Source of the DNA: a bacterium
GTDB taxonomy: Bacteria; Patescibacteriota; Patescibacteriia; JAACEG01; JAGUWE01
Length of the DNA stretch: 64,000 nt
Direction: 5' to 3'
Assembly (NCBI GenBank): GCA_043798995.1
Contig: JAZDOD010000008.1
Coordinates: forward strand, 25,327-89,326
A model generated the notes under the pieces. The model was not told the DNA's origin and searched no databases. It saw nothing but the letters and a program-made list of their open reading frames with translations. This document shows positions 18,673 through 27,754 of the stretch, piece after piece (the stretch's first letter is position 1; the number at the start of each line of letters is the position of its first letter). Both the position numbers and the translations under genes were made by a program.

Positions 18673-19914
18673 ATGGAAAAATTTTCCAAAGAAAAGACCG
18701 AGATAAGAAAACCGCCGACTTATCTTTATTATTTAGCGGGGGTTATTTTATTATTTTTTTTAGGTTTTGGTGTTTATTATTTTGGCTACGATAAATATTT
18801 ACAAAAACAATTTCGCCAAGAAAACCAAAACCAAAATTTAAATTTAAGTAATGTGTCAGAAAAGCTTAATCAAAATCAAGCCGCCCCAACGCAGAAAATT
18901 TATATTGACTCGCCGCAAGAAAATGAAACCGTTGGCAATCCGATAGTGGTTAAAGGAAGAGCTCTTACCTTAGGAAAAGGAGGAAGATTGAATATCAGAA
19001 TTCGCGATGCTAATGGTAAAATTTTAGGTGAAACTGCTACTTTAGTGGAAGACGAAGCCAGAAGGTCAGATCCAACTAATTACCAAACTAATCTTTCTTA
19101 CGCCACCTCCACCACCGAATTTGGTTTAATTGAGGCCTTTGACTACTCGGCCAAAGACGGCGGAGTTCAAAATTTAGTTTCTGTCAAAATCAAATTCGCT
19201 AATTATGGCCAGACTAATAATATAAATTCAGAATGTTTATTACAACCTCATGTTCAGAAATATGAAGGGTTGGGATATAATAATGAAGCAAGTGTTAAGG
19301 AATACATCGTTCCATTTTTTAAATGTAATCAATCTTTACTCTTTGTAAGAAAAGATCAGGGTGAAAAAAACAATGAATGGGATGGAACGTTTAATGTTTA
19401 TTTTCGAGAAAATGATAAAGATAAAGATACTTATTTATTTGAGCATAAAGGATTATTAATGGATATTGCTGGTGGAGGAACGTGGGATATTTCTGATTAT
19501 ACAAAAGATATAATCAAAATTTCTCTAGGGTCAAGCGATATGGGGGCAAGTGCTTATTGGGATTATTACATTTCTATAAAAAATAAAGAATTGATATTAG
19601 GATTGTCGGGAGGAAGAGGTCTTAATGTGCTTACTAAATTAAATAATTATAACTTTTTATTAAATACCGATCCTGTTTGGTGCGATAAAGAATCAAAAGA
19701 AAGAACAACGACCGCCATATTTATAAATGAAAAAAAATATAATTTAGAAAACAAAATTATTGAAGATTGCCCTAAAGATTTGACAGATAATTTTTTTCCT
19801 CCACCAAAAATTAAATTAGTGTCATTTGATCTAAATAAAAAACAAATAGTTATTAACATTCCTGAAAATGAGAATAAAATATTTAATTATGAGACAGGAA
19901 TTTTAAATGATTGA
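18673..19914 (+). CDS. Hypothetical secreted/anchored protein
   Basis: 413 aa with an N-terminal TM helix, an N/Q-rich linker and a beta-rich domain. Confidence 0.5.
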   Translation: MEKFSKEKTEIRKPPTYLYYLAGVILLFFLGFGVYYFGYDKYLQKQFRQENQNQNLNLSNVSEKLNQNQAAPTQKIYIDSPQENETVGNPIVVKGRALTLGKGGRLNIRIRDANGKILGETATLVEDEARRSDPTNYQTNLSYATSTTEFGLIEAFDYSAKDGGVQNLVSVKIKFANYGQTNNINSECLLQPHVQKYEGLGYNNEASVKEYIVPFFKCNQSLLFVRKDQGEKNNEWDGTFNVYFRENDKDKDTYLFEHKGLLMDIAGGGTWDISDYTKDIIKISLGSSDMGASAYWDYYISIKNKELILGLSGGRGLNVLTKLNNYNFLLNTDPVWCDKESKERTTTAIFINEKKYNLENKIIEDCPKDLTDNFFPPPKIKLVSFDLNKKQIVINIPENENKIFNYETGILND

Positions 19915-19954
19915 TGTTTGTTTTTTATTTTAATTTTTCATTATTGAATTTTTT

Positions 19955-19990
19955 ATCCTCTCCACTTTCAAGTTTATTGAGTAGCTTTCC
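19955..19990 (+). other. Orphan 3'-end remnant of the 21044/21920 paralog family
   Basis: tcctctccactttcaagttta matches the last codons (ILSTFKF) of both paralogs at 21690-21718 and 23328-23350. Confidence 0.4.
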
Positions 19991-20036
19991 CGCAGTCGAT
20001 CAATCCTGAATTAAAAATGAAATGTATAGCTTGTGT

Positions 20037-20071
20037 TTTCCGCATATGCAGGAAATGCAAGTCGATATAAT
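20037..20071 (+). promoter_or_regulatory. Putative operator palindrome plus -10 box for the toxin-antitoxin operon
   Basis: Imperfect palindrome tttccgcatatgcaggaaa immediately upstream of TATAAT (20066-20071). Confidence 0.35.
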
Positions 20072-20094
20072 ATAGGTGATATGAAAGGTCTTTT

Positions 20095-20349
20095 TTGTAT
20101 GCTAAACCGCTTGCGAATAAGCTTATTTTGTGCTATGATCCCAATATGTACAACTGGTCAGTAGACGTCAAAAAATTGAAAAAAGACAAGAAAAAATATG
20201 CCATCTGGCGCTTGGAGCAGATGGTAAATTTTGGTTTGACTGGGGAAAAAATCAAAGCCGGAGAATTAAGGAAAAGCTGGCGCAAGTTGGAGCTGGATCC
20301 CCTTAAAAAGAAGTATTTAAAAATGCTTTTATGGCCAAGACGATCTTAA
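20095..20349 (+). CDS. Small basic protein; candidate cognate antitoxin of AbiEii
   Basis: 84-aa ORF starting at TTG (alternative ATG at 20146). It overlaps the downstream toxin gene by 19 nt and has an RBS-like AAAGG 7 nt upstream. Confidence 0.4.
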   Translation: MYAKPLANKLILCYDPNMYNWSVDVKKLKKDKKKYAIWRLEQMVNFGLTGEKIKAGELRKSWRKLELDPLKKKYLKMLLWPRRS

Positions 20350-20996
20350 GTCCGAATCAGAAAATAATTCTGGATGTTTTAAGCAGCGACGATAACCTCC
20401 GTCGTGATTTTTATCTTACCGGAGGTACGGCGCTATCCGAATATTATCTTCATCATCGCCTGTCGGAGGATCTGGATTTTTTTTCCGAGAAAGAGTTTGA
20501 TCCGCAAATAATTTCCGTATTTTTTAAAAAAAACAAATCCGCGATAGGCATCAGAAAAATTGCCTTTGAAAGCAGTTTCAACCGCAATCTTTTTTTTCTG
20601 CATTTGCCAAAAAGCGAGATTATTAAAACCGAATTTACTTATTTTCCCTTTCCACGAATCGAAAAGAAAAAAGGAGCAGACAAGCTGGCCATCGATGGTA
20701 TTTTGGATATTGCTGTTAATAAAATTTTCACCATCTATCAGAAACCGCGCTCAAGGGATTTTATTGACCTGTATTTTATTCTCAAAAAAACCGGCTGGAG
20801 AATCGAAGATATTGTGACAAAAGCCAAAATTAAATTTGACTGGCACATAGATTACCTGCAGCTGGGTAGCAAATTCTTGCTGGCAAAAGAAGTCGGCGAT
20901 CGTCCGCGGATGCTTGTGAAAATCAATGACAAAGTTTGGCAGAATTTTTTTGTCAAAGAAGCCAAAAACTTCAAGAGCAAGATATTGGTGAAATAA
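20331..20996 (+). CDS. AbiEii/AbiGii-family nucleotidyltransferase toxin (type IV TA / abortive infection)
   Basis: YLTGGTALSEYYLHHRLSEDLDFF matches the AbiEii GGTAL…HRxSxDLDF nucleotidyltransferase motif, in a 221-aa protein. Confidence 0.7.
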   Translation: MAKTILSPNQKIILDVLSSDDNLRRDFYLTGGTALSEYYLHHRLSEDLDFFSEKEFDPQIISVFFKKNKSAIGIRKIAFESSFNRNLFFLHLPKSEIIKTEFTYFPFPRIEKKKGADKLAIDGILDIAVNKIFTIYQKPRSRDFIDLYFILKKTGWRIEDIVTKAKIKFDWHIDYLQLGSKFLLAKEVGDRPRMLVKINDKVWQNFFVKEAKNFKSKILVK

Positions 20997-21043
20997 TTTT
21001 TTTAATGCAGTATTAAAGCATACTGCAGCAAAACAAAATATCT

Positions 21044-21727
21044 ATGAACACAAAAATCAAAACAGGGTTAGGGCTAATAATTATCATAATTCTCGTCACA
21101 ACGATTGGAGTTTTTGTTTGGCAGATTCAGAAAAAAGCTCAAAATCCTACTCAACCCGAGGAACAGCAGTGCACGATGGAAGCCAAAGTATGCCCTGACG
21201 GTTCATCTGTCGGCCGCACTGGACCAAAATGTGAATTTGCGCCGTGCCCGAGCGGAAATGATGTTTCTGACCTTGTTCCGAGCGAAGTCGAGGGATGGCA
21301 AACTTACCGGAATGAGAAGTATGGGTTTGAGTTTAAGTATCCGAATGGCTATGCTATCTATGATGATTATAACGGTTCGCTTGTTTATAATGCATATCCA
21401 AGCAAGAATTTGTTTTTTGTTGGTGAAAATAGGGAAGATAACATTAGATCTCCAATTGATGGCTTAATGTTTTTAGAAAATTCTGAAAGCATGAATAAGG
21501 CAATTGTGAAACTTAAAAAAAGAGATGTTTTAACCGAAGTATTGGAAGAAAAAGAATTGATTATAAATGATATGGCCGGTAAAAAAATTATCTTGACTGC
21601 TGCAATCGGATATAATGATGCTCATTATTTTTTTAGTAAAAATAATAAGAACTTTGAAATAATTTATGATGGTGATAATAAAGTTCATGACCAAATCCTC
21701 TCCACTTTCAAGTTTACCCCGCACTAA
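21044..21727 (+). CDS. Secreted/anchored paralog-family protein A
   Basis: N-terminus MNTKIKTGLGLIIIIILVTTIGVFVWQ is about 90% identical in nucleotides to 21920. Shares the WQTYRNEKYGFEFKYPN domain and the ILSTFKFTP C-terminus. Confidence 0.6.
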   Translation: MNTKIKTGLGLIIIIILVTTIGVFVWQIQKKAQNPTQPEEQQCTMEAKVCPDGSSVGRTGPKCEFAPCPSGNDVSDLVPSEVEGWQTYRNEKYGFEFKYPNGYAIYDDYNGSLVYNAYPSKNLFFVGENREDNIRSPIDGLMFLENSESMNKAIVKLKKRDVLTEVLEEKELIINDMAGKKIILTAAIGYNDAHYFFSKNNKNFEIIYDGDNKVHDQILSTFKFTPH

Positions 21728-21907
21728 AGCTAGACACATAAGTGCGTGGTCATAAAGAGAAGAAATAAAAAGTAACATTATCCCATAGCTGCAGATGCAA
21801 GCTTTTAGTGCGGGGTTTATAGCACCCGAATAGCGGTATGCGAATAGCGCATAACGAAAGCGCGCACTCGAATTAAATTTCTGCGAAAGCGCCCACTCGA
21901 ATAATTT
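21716..21907. promoter_or_regulatory. Structured intergenic region: 15-bp inverted repeat plus two 22-nt direct repeats
   Basis: ccccgcactaaagct … agcttttagtgcgggg, then gcgaaagcgcgcactcgaat / gcgaaagcgcccactcgaat, directly upstream of paralog B. Confidence 0.35.
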
Positions 21908-21919
21908 AATAAATAATTA

Positions 21920-23356
21920 ATGAACACAAAAATTAAAACCGGATTAGGGCTAATAATTATCCTAATCCTCGTCATAACAATCGGAGTTTTTGTGTGGCAG
22001 GCGAGGAAAAAACAACAGGGAACGAGCAATATTGATACTGGGCAGGTGAGCGAACAAGCAGATAATTATCAAAATTCAACCCAAATTGCTAATCCGGCTT
22101 CAGTCTACTGCGAACAGAATGGCGGAAAATCAGAAATTTTGAAAAATGAAAACAGCGAACCGAAGGGTTTTTGTATTTTTCCAGATGGAGTTGTTTGTGA
22201 AGAATGGCAAAATTACAGAGGAGAGTGTAGATTAAGAGATGTAAAAAAGGTTGATACAACTAACTGGAAATTATATCGAAGTGATAAATATGGATTTGAG
22301 TTCAGATATCCAGAAGAATGCGGCCAAGTTCAAGTTTCTGAATCAGAAAATGATTGTGGGCCTAGGTATAATTGCACAGGCAAGACGATGTGCATCAAAT
22401 TTTCTAATGGTAAATGTTTAGTCAGGGGCAGTTCAATTTCTCATGATTGGGAAGGTCCAGCGACAGAAGGTATCCCGCCTTTTTATAAATTTGACGGAAA
22501 CTTATGGACAACAAGATGTGATTTTAATTGTCAAATTATTAATCCCAGTAATAATATTCAGGATGCAAGAGTTCTTGGTTTTATTTTTCCTTGCTATAAA
22601 TCAGGCGAAATGTGTTTTTCGAGTGAATATTTTGAATATAACGCATGGATTAATTATGAAAATGATAAATTTGTTGGTATGAATTTTTTTGTTACGTTGA
22701 GCAATGACCAGATTATTAAACAAACAAGAGAGGCGCATATATTATATACCGATAGCCAAGACGAAGAATCTTATAAAAGGCTTAGAAATATTTTTGAAAA
22801 AACCGTTTTAAATGATCAGAATTTAAACTTTCAAATGGATTTAATAAGCGGCATTGCACAAACTTTTCATAATTATTATTTTGATAATTGGCAAACTTAT
22901 CGGAATGAGAAGTATGGGTTTGAGTTTAGGTATCCAAATGATTGGGTTATAAATACGAATAATTCTCAAAGAATTACCTTAAATAGTTCTGAAAATGAAC
23001 AAAACAAGAAGGATATAGAGAGTGGTAAAATGTATGGGGAGGGGTATTTAGAAGATATAATATTTTCATATTATAATAGTTTGTTAGATGAGCCAGAAAA
23101 TTCAGGGAACAACATTAATGCCAAAACTCTTGAAGAATTCGTTAATAAAAATCAGTTAATTTCAAATAAAGAAAAGATAAATTTTTCAGGTGATATTGCT
23201 TGGTCAATGACCCGCGGCGGATTTGGGGCATATTATACAATTCTTGACGTTCATAATGAGCATCTTTATGAAATTATGTTTGGCAGGAAAAGTAATAAAT
23301 CCGATTTATCGGCAACAGAAAACCAAATCCTCTCCACTTTTAAATTTATCCCTTAA
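21920..23356 (+). CDS. Secreted/anchored paralog-family protein B, carrying an internal domain duplication
   Basis: Same N- and C-termini as 21044. Two copies of the YGFEF(R)YP domain, at about 22262 and 22888; the second is about 90% identical in nucleotides to the paralog A copy. Confidence 0.6.
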   Translation: MNTKIKTGLGLIIILILVITIGVFVWQARKKQQGTSNIDTGQVSEQADNYQNSTQIANPASVYCEQNGGKSEILKNENSEPKGFCIFPDGVVCEEWQNYRGECRLRDVKKVDTTNWKLYRSDKYGFEFRYPEECGQVQVSESENDCGPRYNCTGKTMCIKFSNGKCLVRGSSISHDWEGPATEGIPPFYKFDGNLWTTRCDFNCQIINPSNNIQDARVLGFIFPCYKSGEMCFSSEYFEYNAWINYENDKFVGMNFFVTLSNDQIIKQTREAHILYTDSQDEESYKRLRNIFEKTVLNDQNLNFQMDLISGIAQTFHNYYFDNWQTYRNEKYGFEFRYPNDWVINTNNSQRITLNSSENEQNKKDIESGKMYGEGYLEDIIFSYYNSLLDEPENSGNNINAKTLEEFVNKNQLISNKEKINFSGDIAWSMTRGGFGAYYTILDVHNEHLYEIMFGRKSNKSDLSATENQILSTFKFIP

Positions 23357-23401
23357 TAAATTCGGGACAAGTTGATTAAATTTTGATTTTAGTTTTTTCT
23401 A

Positions 23402-23863
23402 ATGTTTTTTATAAAACAACAGAAAAACAGTGGCTTTACTTTAATTGAGTTAATTATTGTCATTGCCTTGATTGGTATTTTGGCTATTTTAGCCATACCT
23501 TTTTATCAATCGCTTCAGCTTAAGGCGGATTTGAATCAGGTTGGGGAAAAACTGGCTTCGGATCTTCGCCGCCAGCAAACCTACACTATTTCCGGCAAGG
23601 GAGCGAGCGCCTGGGGTGTGAGTTTTAATGCCGATTCCTACACCTTGTTTAAAGGCGTTTCTTTTGTTTTACGCAATCCGACGGCTGATGAAGTGGTTAA
23701 TTTGCCAAAATCAGTTCGTTTGTCTTTTCCGGCAGCGGAATTAGTTTTTAGCGTTCCGACAGGCAATACTTCATCTCCGGGCCAATTGACTTTAACCAAT
23801 TTAGTCAATAATCAGACCTTAACCATTAATATTTTTTCTCAGGGCTTGGTGCAATTAAATTAA
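23402..23863 (+). CDS. Type IV pilin-like protein (prepilin-type N-terminal cleavage/methylation domain)
   Basis: NSGFTLIELIIVIALIGILAILAIPFY is a class III signal peptide, G|FTLIE. Confidence 0.7.
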   Translation: MFFIKQQKNSGFTLIELIIVIALIGILAILAIPFYQSLQLKADLNQVGEKLASDLRRQQTYTISGKGASAWGVSFNADSYTLFKGVSFVLRNPTADEVVNLPKSVRLSFPAAELVFSVPTGNTSSPGQLTLTNLVNNQTLTINIFSQGLVQLN

Positions 23864-23882
23864 ATAGTTTAGAAATATATTT

Positions 23883-26819
23883 ATGAAAAGAGGGGGAGAA
23901 GGTTTATCTTTAATTGAGGTTATCATTGCCGTGGCCTTTTTTTCATTAGTAGCCGCGGCTTTGTTTAATTTATTAGGTGGAAGTTATATTGGTTTAAATA
24001 GTTCTTTCTCGTATCAAAAAGCTCTTTTTTACGCTCAGGAAGGCGCCGAAGCGGTTCGCAGTGTTCGCAATCAGGCCTGGAGTAATTTGCGCGCCGGAAC
24101 TTTTGGCTTAAGCTCAAATTCCGGTCGCTGGCAATTTTCCGGCAGCAGTGAATTACTTGATAATTTTTTTACCAGAAAAATAATTGTTGAGGATGTTTAT
24201 CGCGATGGCTCGGGGAATGTGGTTCAGCCGAGCGCGCCGGGAGCAGTACTTGATATTCATACTAAAAAAATTGTGTCCCAAGTTTCCTGGCCAACGCCGG
24301 GCGGAACTAATAATCAGGTTAGCTTGCCCTTTTTTGTTTCCAGCTGGCAAACTAAAAACTGGATTCAAACCGATTGGAGCGGCGGCTCGGGCCAGTCTAT
24401 TTGGAATAATGCAACAAGGTTTTTTAGTGATGACGGCAATGTTGATTACGCAACGGCCGACGAAATTAAACTAAAAGAAACAACTACCGGCTTGGTTTCT
24501 AAGACCTGGGATTTTGATTCCGCCCCTGATTATGATTTTGATCCGCAAAAAATTGAAGTTGTTTCAAGTTACGCCCAACTAAAGCCCCAAATCCAGACCT
24601 TTACCGGTCAAAGCATTAACAGTGAATTTTCTTCTGATATCAGCGGCTGGTCGTTTTATGCTTGGGATGTAGGCAGTGGCGAGGTGACGCCTCAAGGCAA
24701 TTGGCGCGCTAGCGGCGGTAATCCCGGCGGTTTTGTTGAAACAGAAATTCCCTATGATGCTAGGGGCAACAATGTCGGTGGTTATTGGCAGCAAGCTATT
24801 AATATTACTCAAGCTAATCCGGATAATGTCACTTGTGCCTTTGATTGGCGTTTACTGAATTTCGTGGCACCAAGTGGAGTCAATGAATTAAGATTTTATG
24901 TCTTTTTAGATAATTTTTCCGGCACGCCGACTCTTAATCAAGCAGTTTGGTCAAGTCCGAATTTAGCCGGCGTAATGAGCTGGTCCGGTGTGCAAAATAT
25001 CAATTGCACGGCTAAGGTTACCAGCGCCAGAACTTATTATTATAAAATTGGTATTTTCTTGCGCGCCAAAAATAAACCCACCGGCCCAATTATTGGCGAC
25101 TATGATAATAGCGGCGTTTCTTGGACAAAAACAATAATTAGCTATCCGACTGATAATCCTTCGATTAATCCCATTGTTTCCTTCAATTCTTCGGCGGTTT
25201 CTATGTGGACTGGCTTTAGCGAAGCGGCGATAAAAAATGGCGGTCAAATTTACTATCAATTATCAGATGATGACGGAGCTAATTGGTATTATTGGAACAA
25301 TAATGTCTGGGCTTTGGCCGGATCAACTAATTACAACACGGCCTCAGTTATTAATGCCAATATCAATTCTTTTCCGGCAGTTAATAAGAAAATTAATTTC
25401 AAAACTTTTTTGTCAAGTTCCGGCACTGAACAAGTGCAGCTGGATTCAGTCACAATTTCCTATCAGGTGCCGGTTTTGGGCAATTTATTTTGGGGCAATC
25501 GTTTTTTAGTCACGGCTTTGGATTCTTCATTTAGATTGACTTCCGCAAATCGGCGGCAAAGTTTGCGTTTTACCACTCAAAAAACAAAGACAATTAATAT
25601 TTTGCGCGTTTACGTTGATTTATTAAATAATCCGCCGACTTATCGTTTTGGTTTGCAAGCCGATAATGGCATCGGTTGGCCAAGTGGAGTTTATCTTGCT
25701 TATGGCGATTTAGGGCCAACTTTAGCTGGTTGGCAGACCATTACCCTGAATCAGCCGCTTAATTTAGTTCAGGGCCAAACTTATTATTTAGTTGTCAGTT
25801 GGCAATCGGGCCAAATCGGCGCCAACCGTTACATTGCTTTAAGGCGAACTTCACCGCTTAACAATCTTATTCCTTATGACCAAGCTGTTGATCCGCAGGC
25901 CAATGCCTTAAACTCAACCAATGGCGGCAGTAGTTGGCAGACCACTAATTTGCAGCCGCTTTATCAGTTGACTTTTCAGGATAATGACAGCGAAGGTAAT
26001 CCTTATGAAAATTTTATGGAAATGCCGGTTTATGGCAATTTTTTCCAAGGACAAAAGCTGACCTTGGCTGAAAATAAAGAATTTTCTGAAATCAGTTTTT
26101 ATGTCAAGCGTATCGGCAGTTTACAGCCGCTTGATAATTTATATTTCACCATTGATAATCTGACCGATAATGCTCGGCTTGTAAACGGCGTTCTGGCTAC
26201 TCCTTCAACGGTTGCCACGAATTATACCTGGCAGACCTATCAATTTCCGCAAAGAATTCATTTAGAAAAAGACAAAACCTACCGGCTTTATTTATCATCG
26301 CCCGGTTCCAGCATTAATTATTATTTAGTTTTGGCGCCAGTCACCTCCAATCAGGAATATTTTAAGACAATAACTTTTTTGGGTAAAAGCGGCTTAGCGG
26401 AGCAAAGCTCTGACCGCGGTGCCAGTTGGCAAGCTGCCGAGGAGCGGGACTTGAACTTTTATTTTGGTTTAATTCGCAAGACTTATGCGCCGCAAGGGGA
26501 GCTTATTTCCTCGGCTTTTAATACTACTGCGCCGGCCGCTTTTGATTTTTTGAGTTGGCAGGAAATTATTCCTTCGCCCAACGCTGATATCTGGGTTCAA
26601 TTGTCAACCGCGCCGAATAATGCCGGCTCGCCGGGAGTGTGGGGGCTTTGGCAAGGGCCGACCGGTCCCGGCTCTTATTACCAAAGCGGTCAGGAACAAC
26701 TTATTCCGGCTGCCAATAATCATAATGACAACCAATTTGTCCGCTATAAAATAATTTTGCTAAGCGACAGCACCGAGACACCGGTCTCTCAAGAAATAAA
26801 GGTTAATTTTACGCCGTAA
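23883..26819 (+). CDS. Giant pilin-like protein (978 aa) with a prepilin N-terminus; candidate tip adhesin
   Basis: GEGLSLIEVIIAVAFFSLVAAALFNLL is a prepilin-type motif, followed by about 930 aa of beta-rich, Asn/Ser/Thr-rich sequence. Confidence 0.65.
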   Translation: MKRGGEGLSLIEVIIAVAFFSLVAAALFNLLGGSYIGLNSSFSYQKALFYAQEGAEAVRSVRNQAWSNLRAGTFGLSSNSGRWQFSGSSELLDNFFTRKIIVEDVYRDGSGNVVQPSAPGAVLDIHTKKIVSQVSWPTPGGTNNQVSLPFFVSSWQTKNWIQTDWSGGSGQSIWNNATRFFSDDGNVDYATADEIKLKETTTGLVSKTWDFDSAPDYDFDPQKIEVVSSYAQLKPQIQTFTGQSINSEFSSDISGWSFYAWDVGSGEVTPQGNWRASGGNPGGFVETEIPYDARGNNVGGYWQQAINITQANPDNVTCAFDWRLLNFVAPSGVNELRFYVFLDNFSGTPTLNQAVWSSPNLAGVMSWSGVQNINCTAKVTSARTYYYKIGIFLRAKNKPTGPIIGDYDNSGVSWTKTIISYPTDNPSINPIVSFNSSAVSMWTGFSEAAIKNGGQIYYQLSDDDGANWYYWNNNVWALAGSTNYNTASVINANINSFPAVNKKINFKTFLSSSGTEQVQLDSVTISYQVPVLGNLFWGNRFLVTALDSSFRLTSANRRQSLRFTTQKTKTINILRVYVDLLNNPPTYRFGLQADNGIGWPSGVYLAYGDLGPTLAGWQTITLNQPLNLVQGQTYYLVVSWQSGQIGANRYIALRRTSPLNNLIPYDQAVDPQANALNSTNGGSSWQTTNLQPLYQLTFQDNDSEGNPYENFMEMPVYGNFFQGQKLTLAENKEFSEISFYVKRIGSLQPLDNLYFTIDNLTDNARLVNGVLATPSTVATNYTWQTYQFPQRIHLEKDKTYRLYLSSPGSSINYYLVLAPVTSNQEYFKTITFLGKSGLAEQSSDRGASWQAAEERDLNFYFGLIRKTYAPQGELISSAFNTTAPAAFDFLSWQEIIPSPNADIWVQLSTAPNNAGSPGVWGLWQGPTGPGSYYQSGQEQLIPAANNHNDNQFVRYKIILLSDSTETPVSQEIKVNFTP

Positions 26820-26821
26820 TT

Positions 26822-27352
26822 ATGATGAAAAATACCAAATCCCAAAAAACAAAAGAATGGCGGGGAAGATCAAAAGGATTCACCTTAGTTGAATTGGTGA
26901 TTTATCTGGCCATTGTCAGTTTTGTTTTGTTGGTTGTCAGCGGATTTTTTTATAATATTCTGCTTGGCCGCAGCAAATTCAGCGCCCGCAGTGAAATTGC
27001 TTATAATGCTAATTTTGTTGAAAAAAAATTAGCTTTTTATATTCAGCAAGCCCAAAGCCTTCAAAGCGTCAGTCCCCAAACTTTGGTTTTAAATTTACCG
27101 CTAACGCAGACCATTACTTTTAATTTTAATGCCGCCAGACAGAAGCTAACCATGCAGGAAAGCAGCGGCCCCGTGGTTTATTTGAATACTGATAAGGTGG
27201 CGGTCAGCGGCAGTTTTTCTGATCTAAGTTATTTCCGGAGAAGCAGGAATATTTTAGTTGATTTAAAAATTTTAACCAAAAGCTCCAACCCCGCGCCATT
27301 TTGGCAAAATGAAACTGATTTTAAATTAAGTTTTGAATTAAGAAGCAAATAA
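26822..27352 (+). CDS. Minor pilin / pseudopilin-like protein
   Basis: SKGFTLVELVIYLAIVSFVLLVVSG is a prepilin motif. Confidence 0.65.
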   Translation: MMKNTKSQKTKEWRGRSKGFTLVELVIYLAIVSFVLLVVSGFFYNILLGRSKFSARSEIAYNANFVEKKLAFYIQQAQSLQSVSPQTLVLNLPLTQTITFNFNAARQKLTMQESSGPVVYLNTDKVAVSGSFSDLSYFRRSRNILVDLKILTKSSNPAPFWQNETDFKLSFELRSK

Positions 27353-27355
27353 AAT

Positions 27356-27739
27356 ATGAAAATAAAGTTTAAAAAAGATAGTCAGGGTTATATTTTAATT
27401 TTGACAGTTTTAGTTATCTCGGCTGCCTCGCTGATAATTGCTTTAGGGTTAAGCAAATTACTGATTGACCAAATAGTTTTAGAGGCCGAACAGTCGAGCA
27501 GTTTTAAAGCTTTGGCGTCGGCGGAAACCTGCAATGAAGATGGTTTGGAAAAATTAAGAAACATTTGGCAGAATTATAATTATTCATTGTCAATTGATGG
27601 CAATTCTTGTACAATAAATATAAATGCCACTGGTTTGCAGGCCCAACTCACCTCAACAGGTACCAGCGGCGGTTATACTAAAAAAACAAACATTACGATT
27701 GATAGGGCGATGAATGTTGTTTTTTGGCAGCAGATGTGA
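27356..27739 (+). CDS. PilX-like minor pilin
   Basis: N-terminal hydrophobic helix QGYILILTVLVISAASLIIALGL lacking E5, as in PilX-type proteins. Confidence 0.5.
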   Translation: MKIKFKKDSQGYILILTVLVISAASLIIALGLSKLLIDQIVLEAEQSSSFKALASAETCNEDGLEKLRNIWQNYNYSLSIDGNSCTININATGLQAQLTSTGTSGGYTKKTNITIDRAMNVVFWQQM

Positions 27740-27754
27740 TTAATAAAATTATTT

